Assembly: GCA_030390025.1 (NCBI GenBank)
Contig: CM059438.1
Location: forward strand, 61,692,001 to 61,756,000
Source: Squalus acanthias
Lineage: Eukaryota
Direction of reading: 5' to 3'
DNA length: 64,000 nucleotides
In this document: piece by piece, positions 35,335 through 48,032 of the stretch
Position numbering within the stretch: the first letter of the stretch is position 1
Layout of the letters: the number at the start of each line of letters is the position of its first letter
Notes under the pieces: model-generated
Database searches by the model: none
What the model was told of the DNA's origin: nothing
The model's input: the letters and a program-made list of their open reading frames with translations, nothing else
Program-made: the position numbers and the translations under genes

Positions 35335-36539
35335 AATGGAGGGTTCTTTAAGGGCTACACTCACCCCAAGTCACAGGCCTGAAGGTGTTAATGGCCTCGG
35401 TTTTTTTTTTTCCCTGAGCAGAGGGAGCTCTTAAATTGAAGGCACACCTCTCCCTTTAGTTGATTGAATTGGGAGAGGGGCCTTCTCCCCTCTGCTCAAT
35501 GGGTACTTAATTAAAAATAGATGAGGTGCCTCTTAGAGAGAGAGAGGCAGAGAGAGACAAGAGACAAAGAGAGAGAGAGAGAGAGAGGGGGGTGGGAAGG
35601 AGGGAAGCCGCAAGGGCAGGGTCGCCACTCAGGATGGTGGGTGGGTGGGTGTTGGCAGGGGGGTGCACTCTCCGATGTAAAAAAGTCTTTGGTGGTGGTC
35701 TTCTGGTGGGGGGAGAAGATGTCTTCACCTGGGATAGCTGGAGATGCCCAGGCTCAGTCCTGCACCAGGTCTTAACGATGCCCAATTGGATTAAATTAAT
35801 TGGGGAACTTCACCTAGGCAGCTCCAGCTGTCCCAGGTCAGGCAATGGGAAAGGGGTGTTTAATATGGTGTGTGCGGCCTAGCTTTTACAGAAGCCACAC
35901 ACACACACACACCCCTTAGATGTTCCGGCCCTCTTCTTATCTTCTTTCCTCCCCCCACCTACAAAACAAAGTCTCTGGGAGAGTGCACCAGAATCACACC
36001 CACCTGTAGCTGATATTCTTTCCTTCCTTCCTCCTTCCAAACAGATGATGTTTGTTGTTGATGTTTTCTCCCCTCTCTCCCTCTCCTAAAATGGAGGCCA
36101 ATTGAGGAGGCAGTGTGGAAAGGCCTCTCCTCTGTTGTTAATGGCCTTGGCCTTCCTTTCTTTTTTCTCTCCTCTCCTCTCCTGTCCTCTCTCTCCAGGC
36201 ACCTCAGTAGTTGTGGCTGTAGTGGTTGTTGTTGGTGGTGGCCTGCTGCCTGGTCTCCTTCTCCTTCTCCTCTTCCTGGCCACAGAGACCACCACTCTGA
36301 TGCTGCTGCTCCTTCGTCAGCAGCTCCAAAAGCTTGTGATTTCAAATAAAACTGTTGGACTATAACCTGGTGTTGTGCGACTTCTCACTGATAGAGTTAG
36401 ATGAGGAAGGATGGGAGGAGGCTGGAGTGGAGCATAAACGCCGTCATGGACTGGTTGGGGCGAAATGGCCTGTTTCTGTGCTGTAAATTGTTGTTGTAGA
36501 GACGAAAACGCTTGTTTATTTTTATTTATATTATATAAA

Positions 36540-36960
36540 GCTCCCTCCCGCCTCACTCTGCCGACCTCAGCGCCCGTGAACTACACGCAGTGGGCGGGCG
36601 CTGTGGAGAAGATGACGAGCTGGGCGGGAGGGGAGGGTCACGTGGCCCTCCCGGCAGCCAGTCACGCCGTGTGTGAGCGGGGTCAGGGGTGAAAGCTGAG
36701 GAGGCGGGCTGGCGGGTGCGGCGAGGCGCTCGAGCGAGTGGCCAGGTGAGTGTGTGGTCCGCCTCACCGGGCGGGGACGGGAAATCATCAGAGGCGTTTA
36801 TTGTAAACGGACTGTGGCTAATAATTAGGATTCAATCGTTTTATTTACCGTCCGGTCGGCTTGCGATCCCGTTATTAACGCTCGAGAGGTAGGTGGGGAG
36901 GGGTTATGCGGGAGCGGTCCATAACCGCTTGTCGCCCCTGTTAACCGGTGAGTGTTGGGC
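36540..36960 (+). promoter_or_regulatory. POLE3: POLE3 CpG-island promoter and probable non-coding first exon (donor after 36745)
   Basis: CpG-rich, GC boxes, cacgtg; cag|gtgagt at 36745/36746; next acceptor at 40245/40246 lies 9 nt before the ATG. Confidence 0.7.
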
Positions 36961-37119
36961 ACAGGTAGGTGTGTGTGACCCTATCCCGCTGAGGTGGGTG
37001 GCTGCGGGCGGGCTGCATGCACATGGCTCCCCTCCCCCCTTCCCCCACACACAGGCCCAATGAATGGAGACCTTGGTTTCATGAAAACCAGAGACTTGAG
37101 CACAAAATCTAGGCTGAAT

Positions 37120-38270
37120 CTAGAAATTTACAGCACAAGAGGAGGCCATTCTGCTCATCGTGTCCGTGCTGGTCGAAAAAGAGCTATCTAGCCTAATCCC
37201 ACTTTCCAGCTCTTGGTCTGTAGCCTTTCAGGTTACGACTCTTCAAGTGCATATCCAAGTACTTTTTAAATGTGTTGAGCATTTCTGCCTCTCCCACCCT
37301 GTCGGACAGTGAGTTCCAGACCTCTGGGTGAAAAAAGTTCTCCTCAACTCCCCTCTAATCCTCTTACCAATCACTTTAAATCTATGCCCCCTGGTTATTG
37401 ACCTGTCTGCTAGGGGAAGTAGGTGCTTCCTATCCACTCTATCTAGTCCTCTCATAATATTATACTCCTCTGCCTCCTCTGTTCCAAAGAAAACAACCTC
37501 AGCCTATCCAGTCTTTCCTCGTAGCTAAAATTCTCCAGTCCAGGCAACATCCTCGTAAATCTCCTCTGTGCCCTCTCTAGTGCAATCATATCTTTCCTGT
37601 AATGTGGTGACCAGAACTGTACACAATACTTTAGCTGTGGTCTAACTAGTGTTTTATACAGTTCAAGCATAACCTCCTTGCTCTTTTATATTCTATGCCT
37701 CGGCTAATAAAGGAAAGTATCACATATGCTTTCTTAACCACCTTATCTACCTGTCCTGCTACCTTCAGGGATCTGTGGACATACACTCCAAGGTCCCTCT
37801 GTTCCTTTACGCATCTCAGTATCCTGCCATTTAATGTGTATTCCCTTGCCTTGTTAGCCCTCCCTAAATGCATTACCTCACACTTCTCTGGATTGAATTC
37901 CATTTGCCACTTTTCTGCCCACCTGACCAGTCCATTGATATCTTCCTGCAGTCTACAGCTTTCTTCCTTACTATCAATCACTCGGCCAATTCTTGTATCA
38001 TCTGCAAACTTCTTAATCATTGGTATATACCACAAAAAGCAAGGGACCTAGTATTGAGCCCTGCGGAACCCCACTGGAAACCGCCTTCCAGTCACAAAAA
38101 CACCCGTTGACCGTTACCCTTTGCTCCCTGCCACTGAACCAATTTTGGATCCAACTTGCCACTTTCCCTGGAATCCAAAGGGCTTTTACTTTTCTGACCA
38201 GCCATATGGGACCTTGTCAAAAGCCTTGCTAAAATCCATGTAGACTACATCAAACGCGCTACCCTCATTG
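37120..38270 (-). mobile_element. Degenerate CR1 LINE in POLE3 intron
   Basis: ORFs 37646-38035 (FADDTRIG), 37452-37670 and 37243-37455. Confidence 0.85.
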
Positions 38271-40254
38271 ACCCTCCAGTGCAGTACTGAGGGAGTGCGG
38301 CACTGTCGGAGGTACCTTCTGTCAAATGAAACCACCTTCCATCTCTGGTGGATGTAAAAAATCCCATGGCACAACTTCGAAGAGGAGCAGGGGAGTTCTC
38401 CCCGGTGTCCTGGTCAATAGTTATTCCTCAACCAACATCACTGGTCATGATCACATTAGAGTTTGTGGGACCTTGCTGTGCACAAATTTGGCTGCCGCGT
38501 TTCTAACATTACAACAGTGGCTACACTTCAAAAGTACTTTATTGTCTGTAATGTGCTTTGGGACACAGGTCGTGAAAGGTGCTAAGTAAATGCAAATCTT
38601 TTTTGGTTGGGCACAGCTTTTCAGTATAAGGTTTCATCAGGAGGTATAGAATATAAAAGCCAAGAGGTAATGAGGACCCTATATAAAACCTTAATCATTC
38701 CTCAGGTAGAGTACTGTGTGCAGTATTGGGCTCCACACTATATGGATAATATTGAGGCTTTAAAGAGGGTACAATGCAGATTCACGTGGATGCTGTTGGG
38801 TATGAGGAAATACAAATATGAAGAAAAATGTGAAAGTTGGGTCTTTTTCTGCTAGGACAATGCAGATTACAGGGTGATGTGATAGGATGATACAAGTATA
38901 CTGTTTTCAGTAGTTGAGGGGTCATTGATACAAGAGTAAATGTAAGAGATTTAGATCAGAGGAAACTTCTTTACACAGGCAGTTGCGAGGATGTGGCATT
39001 CACTTCCAGAGTTAGTGGCTGAGGCAGAAACTGTATCAACATTCAAGATTAGATAGTGGATGTGATTAGATCTATTTGCTCATGTGGAGGGTAAATGCCG
39101 AGATGGAGTGGTTGTGCCAACTGACCTGTTTCGAGATGGACTGAGAAGCACTTTGGGACATCAGTTATTTTTGAAGTTATCTAGGTGAACGCAGCAGCGA
39201 ATTTGCACACTGCTGGGTCCTACAAAAAGCAATGGGATAAATGACCAGTTAATATGTTTTTAGTGATGTTGGCTGAGGGATAAATATTGGCCAATTCACT
39301 GGGAGAACTCCCCTGCTCTTCCTTGAATAGTGCCATGGGATATGTTGCATCCACATGCACAGGCAGATGGCGCCTCAGCTTAACATCTCATCTGAAAGAC
39401 AGCACCTCCGACAATGCAGTGCTCCCTGCGTATTGCAGTAAAGATGCTGGCTCGTGCCAAGGTCTGGTTCAGTGGGTGCAGCAGGGTGACCATTGACTGT
39501 TGTAGGCATACAGTGAAAAATTGACACCTTTTCAATCAGGAATTTGATTTTTGGGGGCAGCTGCCTAATTATTTTGGTTATTCAAAACTGGGTGGTAAAA
39601 GTTTGTGTTTTCATTTTTTTTTAAATGCAAGTAGCCGAATTTCATGTTTTCACACATGCAGTTTTTTTTTCTTAAAATCCCTGCTCTCATCAAGTTTTGG
39701 ATTGGTAAAAGATGGTCAATCGAGCCTGTTGGCACCCTCTGACATCTTGCTCGTGTATAGTAGCCAGTGTCACAAACTTTATCCACCTCTAACAGATCTT
39801 CCTCCTAGTGAAAATATCTGTCCAGAGTCTCCCCATCACAATTTATCCCAGTACAGAGTCTCTCCACCACACATCCACCCTAGTATGGGGTCTTCCCCAC
39901 CGTGGATCCATCCCAGTATAGAATCTCCCACGTTGAATGCATCTCAGTGATGCATGGTGGACTTGGACCTTGGATCATCTGGTAATGTGGGGGGAGCCAC
40001 TAAAATGTAAATATATACTCTCTTACTGGCCAGCCAGTGCCCAAACAGCTAAGAATTCATTGCTTATTGTACCTTTCATTCAAAAATGCACAGCTACCTA
40101 TAATGTTTGTCCAAGATATTAGGTCTTGGCCAATGGTGTCAGGTTTGAGGGTTTGGGGGTAGTTCTGGAGTTGAGGAATGTCTCCGCTGCTCCTGGTTTG
40201 TCACATTTCTAACCATCTGAATTGGTTTCTGTATTTGTGGTTTAGGTGAGAGAG

Positions 40255-43200
40255 ATGGCCGAGAGACCAGAGGACTTGAACCTGCCGAATGCAGTCATTA
40301 CCAGGATTATTAAAGAGGCGGTGAGCACTGATGGGGTTTCTCACGGTTTAGACAGGGATCCATAATCACAGATTTTACTCATTTAATTCCATAAGATTGA
40401 TGAATGACATTTTCATACCTCAAGACATTACTGCTATCTTTGTGCAACCAATATCTGCTTTGTCCTGGATGGTGTCGAGCTTCTTGAGTGTTGTTGGAGC
40501 TGCACTCATCCAGGCAAGTGGAGAGTATGCCATCACACTCCTGACTTGTGCCTTGTAGATGGTGGAAAGGCTTTGGGGATTCAGGAGGTGAGTCACTCGC
40601 CCAGCTTCTGACCTGCTCTTGTAGCCACAGTAGTTATGTGGTTGGTCCAGTTAAGTTTCTGTAATGTACCACACTGCAATGTACATCAAAGGCCTTGCTG
40701 TGCATGGATCAATTGCTGCCATTGTCCTTAAATGGGGACCCGTCTCATGGATCATTCAAAATATTTGGAACTGATCAAAGGGTCAAGCCGTTCCATTTAG
40801 TCAGCAACCTATATGACTCTTTTAAACGTCTTCCAGCTGTAGCAAATGCCACTTTGAATCTTGTGAATGTCCGACGATCTAAACGTAGTTATGAGAAATA
40901 CAGTTTGAACATTCTTTACTCGAGATCTATTCAGAGGCATTTGGAGTTATTCCTTGGATGGTATTTCACAAAGTCCACTCCTGTCCTCCCGAAACCTCCC
41001 TCCATATAAACTCTCCTAATCATAATCACAGCCACCTTCTTGACCTTGCCATCTCCCGTGACCTCTTCTCCCATAGTCTCGATCACTGACGAGGCCATCT
41101 CTGACCACTTCCTTGTATCCTTCACCACCCACATCCCGCTACCCCCTTCAATCCCACTTCCTTCTGCATCCGCACCTGCAAAAAAGACTCCTCTCTCTTT
41201 CCCTGGGATGGCAGGAATGATGTATGAGGAGAGATTGGGTCGATTGGGCTTATACTCGCTGGAGTTTAGAAGAATGAGAGGGGATCTCATTGAAACTTAT
41301 AAAATTCTAACAGAACTAGACAGACTAGATGCAGGAAGGATGTTCCCGATGGCGGGGGAGTCCAGAACCAGGCGTCACAGTCTAAGGATAAGGGGTAAGC
41401 CATTTAGGACTGAGATGAGGAGGAATTTCTTCACCCAGAGAGTGGTGAACCTGTGGAATTCTCTACCACACAAGGCAGTTGAGGCCAATTCATTAAATAT
41501 ATTCAAGAAGGAGTTAGATATATTTCTTAAGGCTAAAGGGATCAAGGGATATGGGGAGAAAGTAGGGACAGGGTACTGAATTTGGATGATCAGCCATTAT
41601 CTCATTGAATGGCAGAACAGGCTCGAGGGGCCGAATGGCCTACTCCTGCTCCTATCTTCTATGTTTCTATAATCAGTGCGAGGAAGCACTTTACATTACT
41701 ATATGGCATCACATAAGGGTTTGAGAATGGTTAATGGAGTGGGGTGATGTAGAGTTCCAGAAGGGATTGAAGGCGGACAAATCCCCAGGGCCTGATAACA
41801 TGCATCCTAGGGTGCTGAAGGAGGTGGCCCTAGAGATAGCGGATGCACTAAGTATGATTTTTCAGAATTCATTAGACTCGGGAACAGTGCCCATGGATTG
41901 GAGGGTAGCTAACGTTACCCCACTATTCAAAAAGGGGGGTAGGGAAAAAGCAGGTAATTACAGACCTGTAAGCCTTACATCAGTTGTGGGCAAAATGCTG
42001 GAGTCCATCATTAAGGATGAAATAGCAGAGCACTTAGCAAATGGGGACAGGATAGGACAGAGTCAACATGGATTTACAAAGGGTAAATCGTGCTTGACTA
42101 ATCTATTGGAATTTTTTGAGGGAGTAACTGGTAAAATAGATGGGGGAGAGCCAGTAGATGTGGTGTACCTGGACTTCCAAAAGGCCTTCGACAAGGTCCC
42201 ACATAAAAGATTAGCATGGAAAATTGAAGCTCATGGGATAAAGGGGAAAGTATTGACGTGGATAGAGAACTGGCTGTCAGATAGAAAACAGAGAGTTGGA
42301 ATAAACTGCTCATTTTCTGAATGGCAGGCAGTAACAAGTGGGGTACCACAGGGATCTGTCCTGGGTCCCCAGCTGTTCACAATTTACATTAATGACCTGG
42401 ATCAGGGAGTCGGATGCAGCATTTCCAAATTTGCAGACGACACTAAACTAGGAGGGGGGGTGGGCTCAGAGGAGGAGACCAGGAAGCTCCAGAGCGATTT
42501 GGACAGACTGGGTGATTGGGCGGATAAATGGCAGATGCACTATAATGTGGACAAGTGCGAAGTTATCCACCTTGGGTGCAGGAACGGGAGGGCAAATTAT
42601 TATTTAAATGGCAATAAATTGGGAGAGGGGGAAGTACAGAGAGACCTGGGTGTTCTTGTACACCAGTCACTGAAGGCGAGCATGCAGGTGCAACAGGCGA
42701 TCAAGAAGGCAAACGGTATGCTGGCCTTCATAGCAAAAGGGTTGGAATACAGGAACAGGGATACCTTGCTGCAGCTGTACAGGGCACTGGTGAGACCACA
42801 CCTCGAGTACTGTGTACAGTTTTGGTCGCCTCATCTGAGGAAAGATGTTCATGCCATGGAGGGGGTGCAGCGGCGATTCACCAGGCTGATACCAGGAATG
42901 GCGGGATTGACCTATGAGGAGAGACTATGTAGTTTAGGGATGTACACACTGGAGTTTAGAAGATTGAGAGGGGACCTCATAGAAGTGTATAAAATTCTGA
43001 CAGGTCTAGACAGACTAGATGCAGAAGGAATGTTTCCCTTGGCGGGTGAGAACAGAACTAGAGGACATAATTTAAGGATAAGGGCTAAACCATTTAGGAC
43101 AGAAATGAGGGGGAATTTCTTCACTCAGAGGGTGGTGAACCTGTGGAACTCATTGCCACAGAGGGCAGTGTACGCCAGCTCATTAAATATATTTAAGAGG

Positions 43201-46200
43201 GAATTAGATATATTTCTACAGGCAAAAGGGGTTAAGGGTTACGGAGAGAAGGCGGGGACGGGATACTGAATTGGAGGATCAGCCATGATCTCATTAAATG
43301 GCGGAGCAGGCTCGAAGGGCCGGATGGCCTACTCCTGCTCCTATCTTCTATGTATCTATGTAAAACTCTCTTCCTTGCTAACCCCCAGGTTTAAAAAGTA
43401 GTGTATTCTTGGAAGTCAAATATCAGCTGGTGAACAATAAAATTGCTGTACGTTGGCTATGTGGCTGATTATTAAATGACTTTCTATCTATAATATAGTT
43501 GTGCTCAATCAATAGAACTGGTATAAAGCTAGTTTGTCTGTTCTCTGTGTCTGACAACCTGCAGTTGGATGAATCTGTTTCGTTTCTTTTAGCTTCCAGA
43601 TGGAGTGAACGTCTCAAAGGAAGCCCGCAGCGCAATATCCCGAGCAGCTAGTGTCTTTGTTCTTTATGCAACTTCCTGGTAAGAAACTCCATGTGAGCAG
43701 TAAAGCCCTGTGGTCATGTGGCTCTCTGCAATTCTAGCATGCCTCCTCTGTTTGGTTCAATTGCAGAGTTACCACTGTGGCAAAGCTTTGTTTTTATGAC
43801 TCTTTGCAAATTTACTGCTCAGCCAAGTAAAAGATGTAAAGAGAGAATTTGCATTGATATAGTGCTTTTCACCTCAGGACGTCCCAAAGCCCTGTCAGCA
43901 TCAAGCACTCCAGTTGAGGAATAGTATGGTTACAGACACAATAAAGCTCCCTCCACTCTGCCCTGTCAAAGTTGGCATCTGAGTGAGTTTCCCAATTTAG
44001 TGCTGCTTAACAAGCAGCTTTGTCCTGGTAGACCTATGTCTTGTAGGAATTGGATAGAAACTATTTGAACTGGTTTTACATAGGACCCTACAATTAGCAG
44101 AGAGGAGATTTCATCCCTCGCTCTGGGCTGGATTTGAACCCAGATTCAATGCTGAAAGACCTAGCCAAAACTTGCTTTACAATCTACTCACCCCTTTGGC
44201 TATTCTCACATTCTCTGTCGTGTCAGTGTATTTTATTTCATTAATTTCTATCATTTTGTCGCCTGCGCATATCACTTCTTCCATTTAGCCATCTCCTGTT
44301 CTGTGCCTAAGCACTCTACAAGTCATTCTATTTTGTTTCCTATGTATGTAGTCATTGTTGATTGTTTTCTTTTCCCCCTTCTCCTGTTCCTTAAATGCTC
44401 TTCGTCTGTAATATCTTTTAGTTTCGAGGAACGGTTCAACACCCGAAATGTCGACTGACTTGGTTTTAGAACAGGTGCTGCCTGAGCTGCTGAGTGTCTC
44501 AAGTGTTTTCTGTTTTTGTTACAGATTTCCCGCATTTGCAATATTTTTCTTTTTATTCATCCGGAAGATAGGATTTGAGGGAGCTTTTAAAATGTGTGGA
44601 AAGAAGTAGCAAGGAGGGGTTTAGGGAGGGACTCTAGAGAATATTGCCAAGACAGTTAAAGGCTTTCCAAATCATTCAATGTCTCTCACCCGTGCTGTTT
44701 TCCCTTGTACATTCCCTATCTCCTGTCCCTCACCAGAGGTCCATTAGCTTGATAGTATCTGGTGCACATCAGGTCTAGGCATCCATCAGCAAATTTGGCT
44801 TGGACATGTTGAGTATGACCGTGCCTTGCTGTCCTCAGTCAAAACTACCTATTACTCCAGGATCAGGTCAAGGATCGGCCAAGGCTCTTTTCTCTGTAAT
44901 TAGCCGCTTTAAACCCCTTTCCCCTACCATCTCCACCCTTGCCTTCCAACATCAACAATTTGCATTTATAAAGTACCTTTAATGTAAAGAAATGTCAAGG
45001 TGTTTCACAAACAGGCATAAGGAAACAATTGTCAGGCCAGGAAGGGTGAGATTAGGATAGGTGACCCAAAGCTTGGCCAAAGATTCTGAGGAAATTTATA
45101 AAAGGGCAGAGAGAGTTTGAGAAGTGGAAAGGTTTAGGGAGCGAGTTCCAGAGTAGGCAGGCAGCTGAAGTTCTTCTACTCATGGTGGGGTGATGGGAGG
45201 GGTTGCACTAAATGCCAGACTCCGGGGAATGGAGTGCTCAGGAAGAGATGTAGGGCTGGAGAAATTGCAGAGATTGGGTGGCTTGAGGCTATGGAGGGAT
45301 TTCAAGATGAGGACAAGGATTGTAAATTTAATGTGTTTGGGATCAGGAGCTAATATAGGTGAACGAGGACAGGTGATGGAGGAGCAAGGCTCAGTGTGGG
45401 ACAGAATACTTGCAACAAAGTTGTGGACAAGTTGGAGTTCGTGGAAGGTGGGAGGCCAGCAAGGTAGTTGGGTCTGGATGTGACAAATGCATGTTCAATC
45501 GGCGGAGGATCTGAGATGGGGTGGAGGTGGGCAGTATTGTGGAGGTGGCAATAAGCTGTCTTGATGGATAGGATGTGGGGTTTAAAGCTCAGCTCAGCTT
45601 GAATAGGAGGCCAAGGTTGCATATGGTCTGATTTGGCCTGAGACACTAGCCAGTTTTTTTTGGGGGGGGTGGGGAGTCAGCAGCATAGAAATTTTGTGGT
45701 AAGGACTAAAGACGATGGCTTTTATATTCTGGTGTTGAATTGGAGGAAGCTATGACTAATTTTTGACTTGATGTTGGACAAGCAGCCTGACAGCATGCTA
45801 GCAGCGAGAGATAGTGGAGAAATAGAGCTAGATGTGGTCAGCATATATATGAAAACTGTACTTGCGTATGTGCTGTCCCTTGGTGACATCATCCACAAGA
45901 GGAGGATGCCAAGGATAGATTCTTGGGGAAATTCTGGAGGTGATGTAGGGGAGGGAAGAGAAGCTATTGCTGCAGGTGCACTGGCTATGTTTGGATAGGT
46001 AAGAATGAAACCGTGGATGCACTCGGGGGCAAGGGTACAAGAGTTTTTGGTGGAAGATTAATAAAATGACTTCAATCTCTCCAATGCTTAATGGCACTTA
46101 GAGCCTTATCTCAGTGTTGAGGGCTGTCTAATGGTGCAGAGAGTTGTATTTTGATGTGATGTTGGGGTTGTGTGATGCACTAAGCCTGTGGGATGGTGTA

Positions 46201-48032
46201 TTAAGGGCTGTATCATACACAAAGGATGTAAAGAGGTGCATTAAAGTCTGTGTATCTTCCCAGCGCAAATAACTTTGCAATGAAGAGCAAGAGGAAAACG
46301 CTGAGTGCCTCTGATGTGCTTGCGGCAATGGAAGAGATGGAGTTTGATCGCTTCATTACCCCACTGAAAGATGCATTGGAAGGTGAGGAGCCTGTGACGT
46401 ACTGTTTAGACCATTGAAGTAATTGAATTGTGTCATTTAGTTAGCAACGAGGCAAGGACAAGACCACTCTACACACCTTAAGGACCCTAGCTGCATTTCA
46501 AATGTCTCTGATGGTTGTGTTTCCTAATGCACAAAGTAACTTTTTACAGGTAAAGGGCAAGTACTTTAAAATGAACTGAAAAGCTGGTGTATGCTACAAG
46601 TGAATATATCCTTTACGGACACTTGATGCGATCTATATGATTGCATCATTGGGTGGGCACCAAAATTTGTGTGTCTGCCCCTCCGAGGACTGGGTGGATG
46701 GAACAGTCCTCTAGTTGATTGCTTACCTTTTCATTAGAAGTTTTGTGTTCAAGTTGAAGAATGGAACACGCTCCCATTTCAGGCACCCAGGGTCAGAATC
46801 GAGCACTCTCGGGCAATGTTCCCTTTAAGCTGCGCTTTGTTCTGCGCGGCCTGTTTCTTTTACTGCGCGGTCCCTTTAAATTTCTACACATGCCCGGTAC
46901 TTACAATGGACAAGCCAGTGAGCGGCCTGCGCGGTACCTTTCCCATTACTGCGCGGCCGTGCAGCTTAGAGGGAACATGTTAAGTTCCTAATTGAGAACT
47001 AGTCGAGGCCTGTTTCCAAATGACCAGAGTAACACCAGATGTCAATAGGTGATTCTCTATGTAACCAGCTACACGGGGGTCGTGAAAAGTCGGAATAATC
47101 AAGTTTTCAAAATGAAATGTCTGCTTATAGTTTAATCTTACCTGCCAGCTATGAGAGGAGACCACTCCTGTGGGGCCATAGAAATGTATCTAAACACTGG
47201 AAGCCTTGATAATAGATCCAGAGGAGGTGTCGAAACAAAGTGGTGAAGCTGCAGAAATATGAATGAGCTCCGTGCACAGAGCCTGAGCCTTGTAGGTAGG
47301 AGCCTGAGACTAAGCACATGCCCAAATGCAGCTTACATCATCGCAATTTTCATATGCCTGACATGGTCTCCCCAGAACCAATAAGGACATGCTCCTTTTA
47401 GTGTGGGGAGAATAGACGATGATGGAGTTTATTTCCCAGTAATCCACTGCAAAGAGAAAACGGTTAAGTATCTGTGATAGTGAAAACCTGGTGCTTTTTT
47501 TTGTTCCATGAAATGTTATCTGCAATTTCACGTGTTCCATTTCTCTTGCCTTCCATAATATTTTCTTTAAACCTGCTTTTCGTCTTTTTAACTTTTCCAA
47601 TTACTCCACACATTGTTTTGAATACTTTCTACTCATCCCTAATGCTTTTTTTATTCCACACTTAAATACAGGATGCTTTCTTCCTTGTTACTGATGGGTG
47701 ATTTTTCTCATCTGAGCTCTGCTAAATTGATTGCTTTCCCCCTTACTGAGGACTCGTACTGACCTAAATCCTGGTATTTGCTGATCCCATGCCCAAGTTT
47801 TCTGATATTTAAAACCGCTTCTGATCCGGCCTCTTTCCCCACAGCTTACAAACGAGAGCAGAGAGGAAAGAAAGAAGCTTCAGAACAGAAGAAGAAGGAT
47901 AAGAAGCCAGAGAGTGAAGAACATGACAAGAGCAAGGAAGATGAGAACGAGGAAGATACAGAAGAGGTGAAAATGGTGGAAGATGATGACCAAAAGGAGA
48001 TAGAAAACGAGGAAGAGGATGTGGAAAACTGA
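40255..48032 (+). CDS. POLE3: DNA polymerase epsilon subunit 3 (CHRAC17), 152 aa; exons 40255-40320, 43593-43678, 46264-46382, 47845-48032
   Basis: [64 protein letters not shown]...; GT-AG sites; lengths sum to 459 nt; acidic tail. Confidence 0.97.
41200..41670 (+). mobile_element. CR1 LINE 3' end
   Basis: ORF 41040-41579 C-terminal part plus 3' UTR. Confidence 0.9.
41760..43361 (+). mobile_element. Young 5'-truncated CR1 LINE with uninterrupted RT domain
   Basis: ORF 41734-43269 (511 aa) from [11 protein letters not shown] through FADD to the C-terminus; 3' UTR and tail; no endonuclease domain. Confidence 0.93.
46814..46979. mobile_element. hAT-like MITE
   Basis: TIRs caatgttccctttaagctgc / gcagcttagagggaacatg; body similar to 4398-4564. 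Confidence 0.8.

Larger units (their letters stand above)
29189..36328 (-). mobile_element. Full-length intact Tx1-clade non-LTR retrotransposon
   Basis: About 1 kb 5' UTR, ORF1, ORF2 and short 3' UTR; GC/CpG-rich; flanked by identical 47-bp segments at 29142-29188 and 36329-36375. Confidence 0.93.

Noticed and set aside
29268..35434. Many long antisense and alternate-frame ORFs within the Tx1 element
   Set aside because: Expected from high GC content; no recognisable domains
28869..36375. LTR retrotransposon interpretation of the 320-bp repeats
   Set aside because: No integrase, protease or RNase H motifs; ORF2 is a typical APE-RT LINE protein, and the repeat consists of 5' UTR plus target
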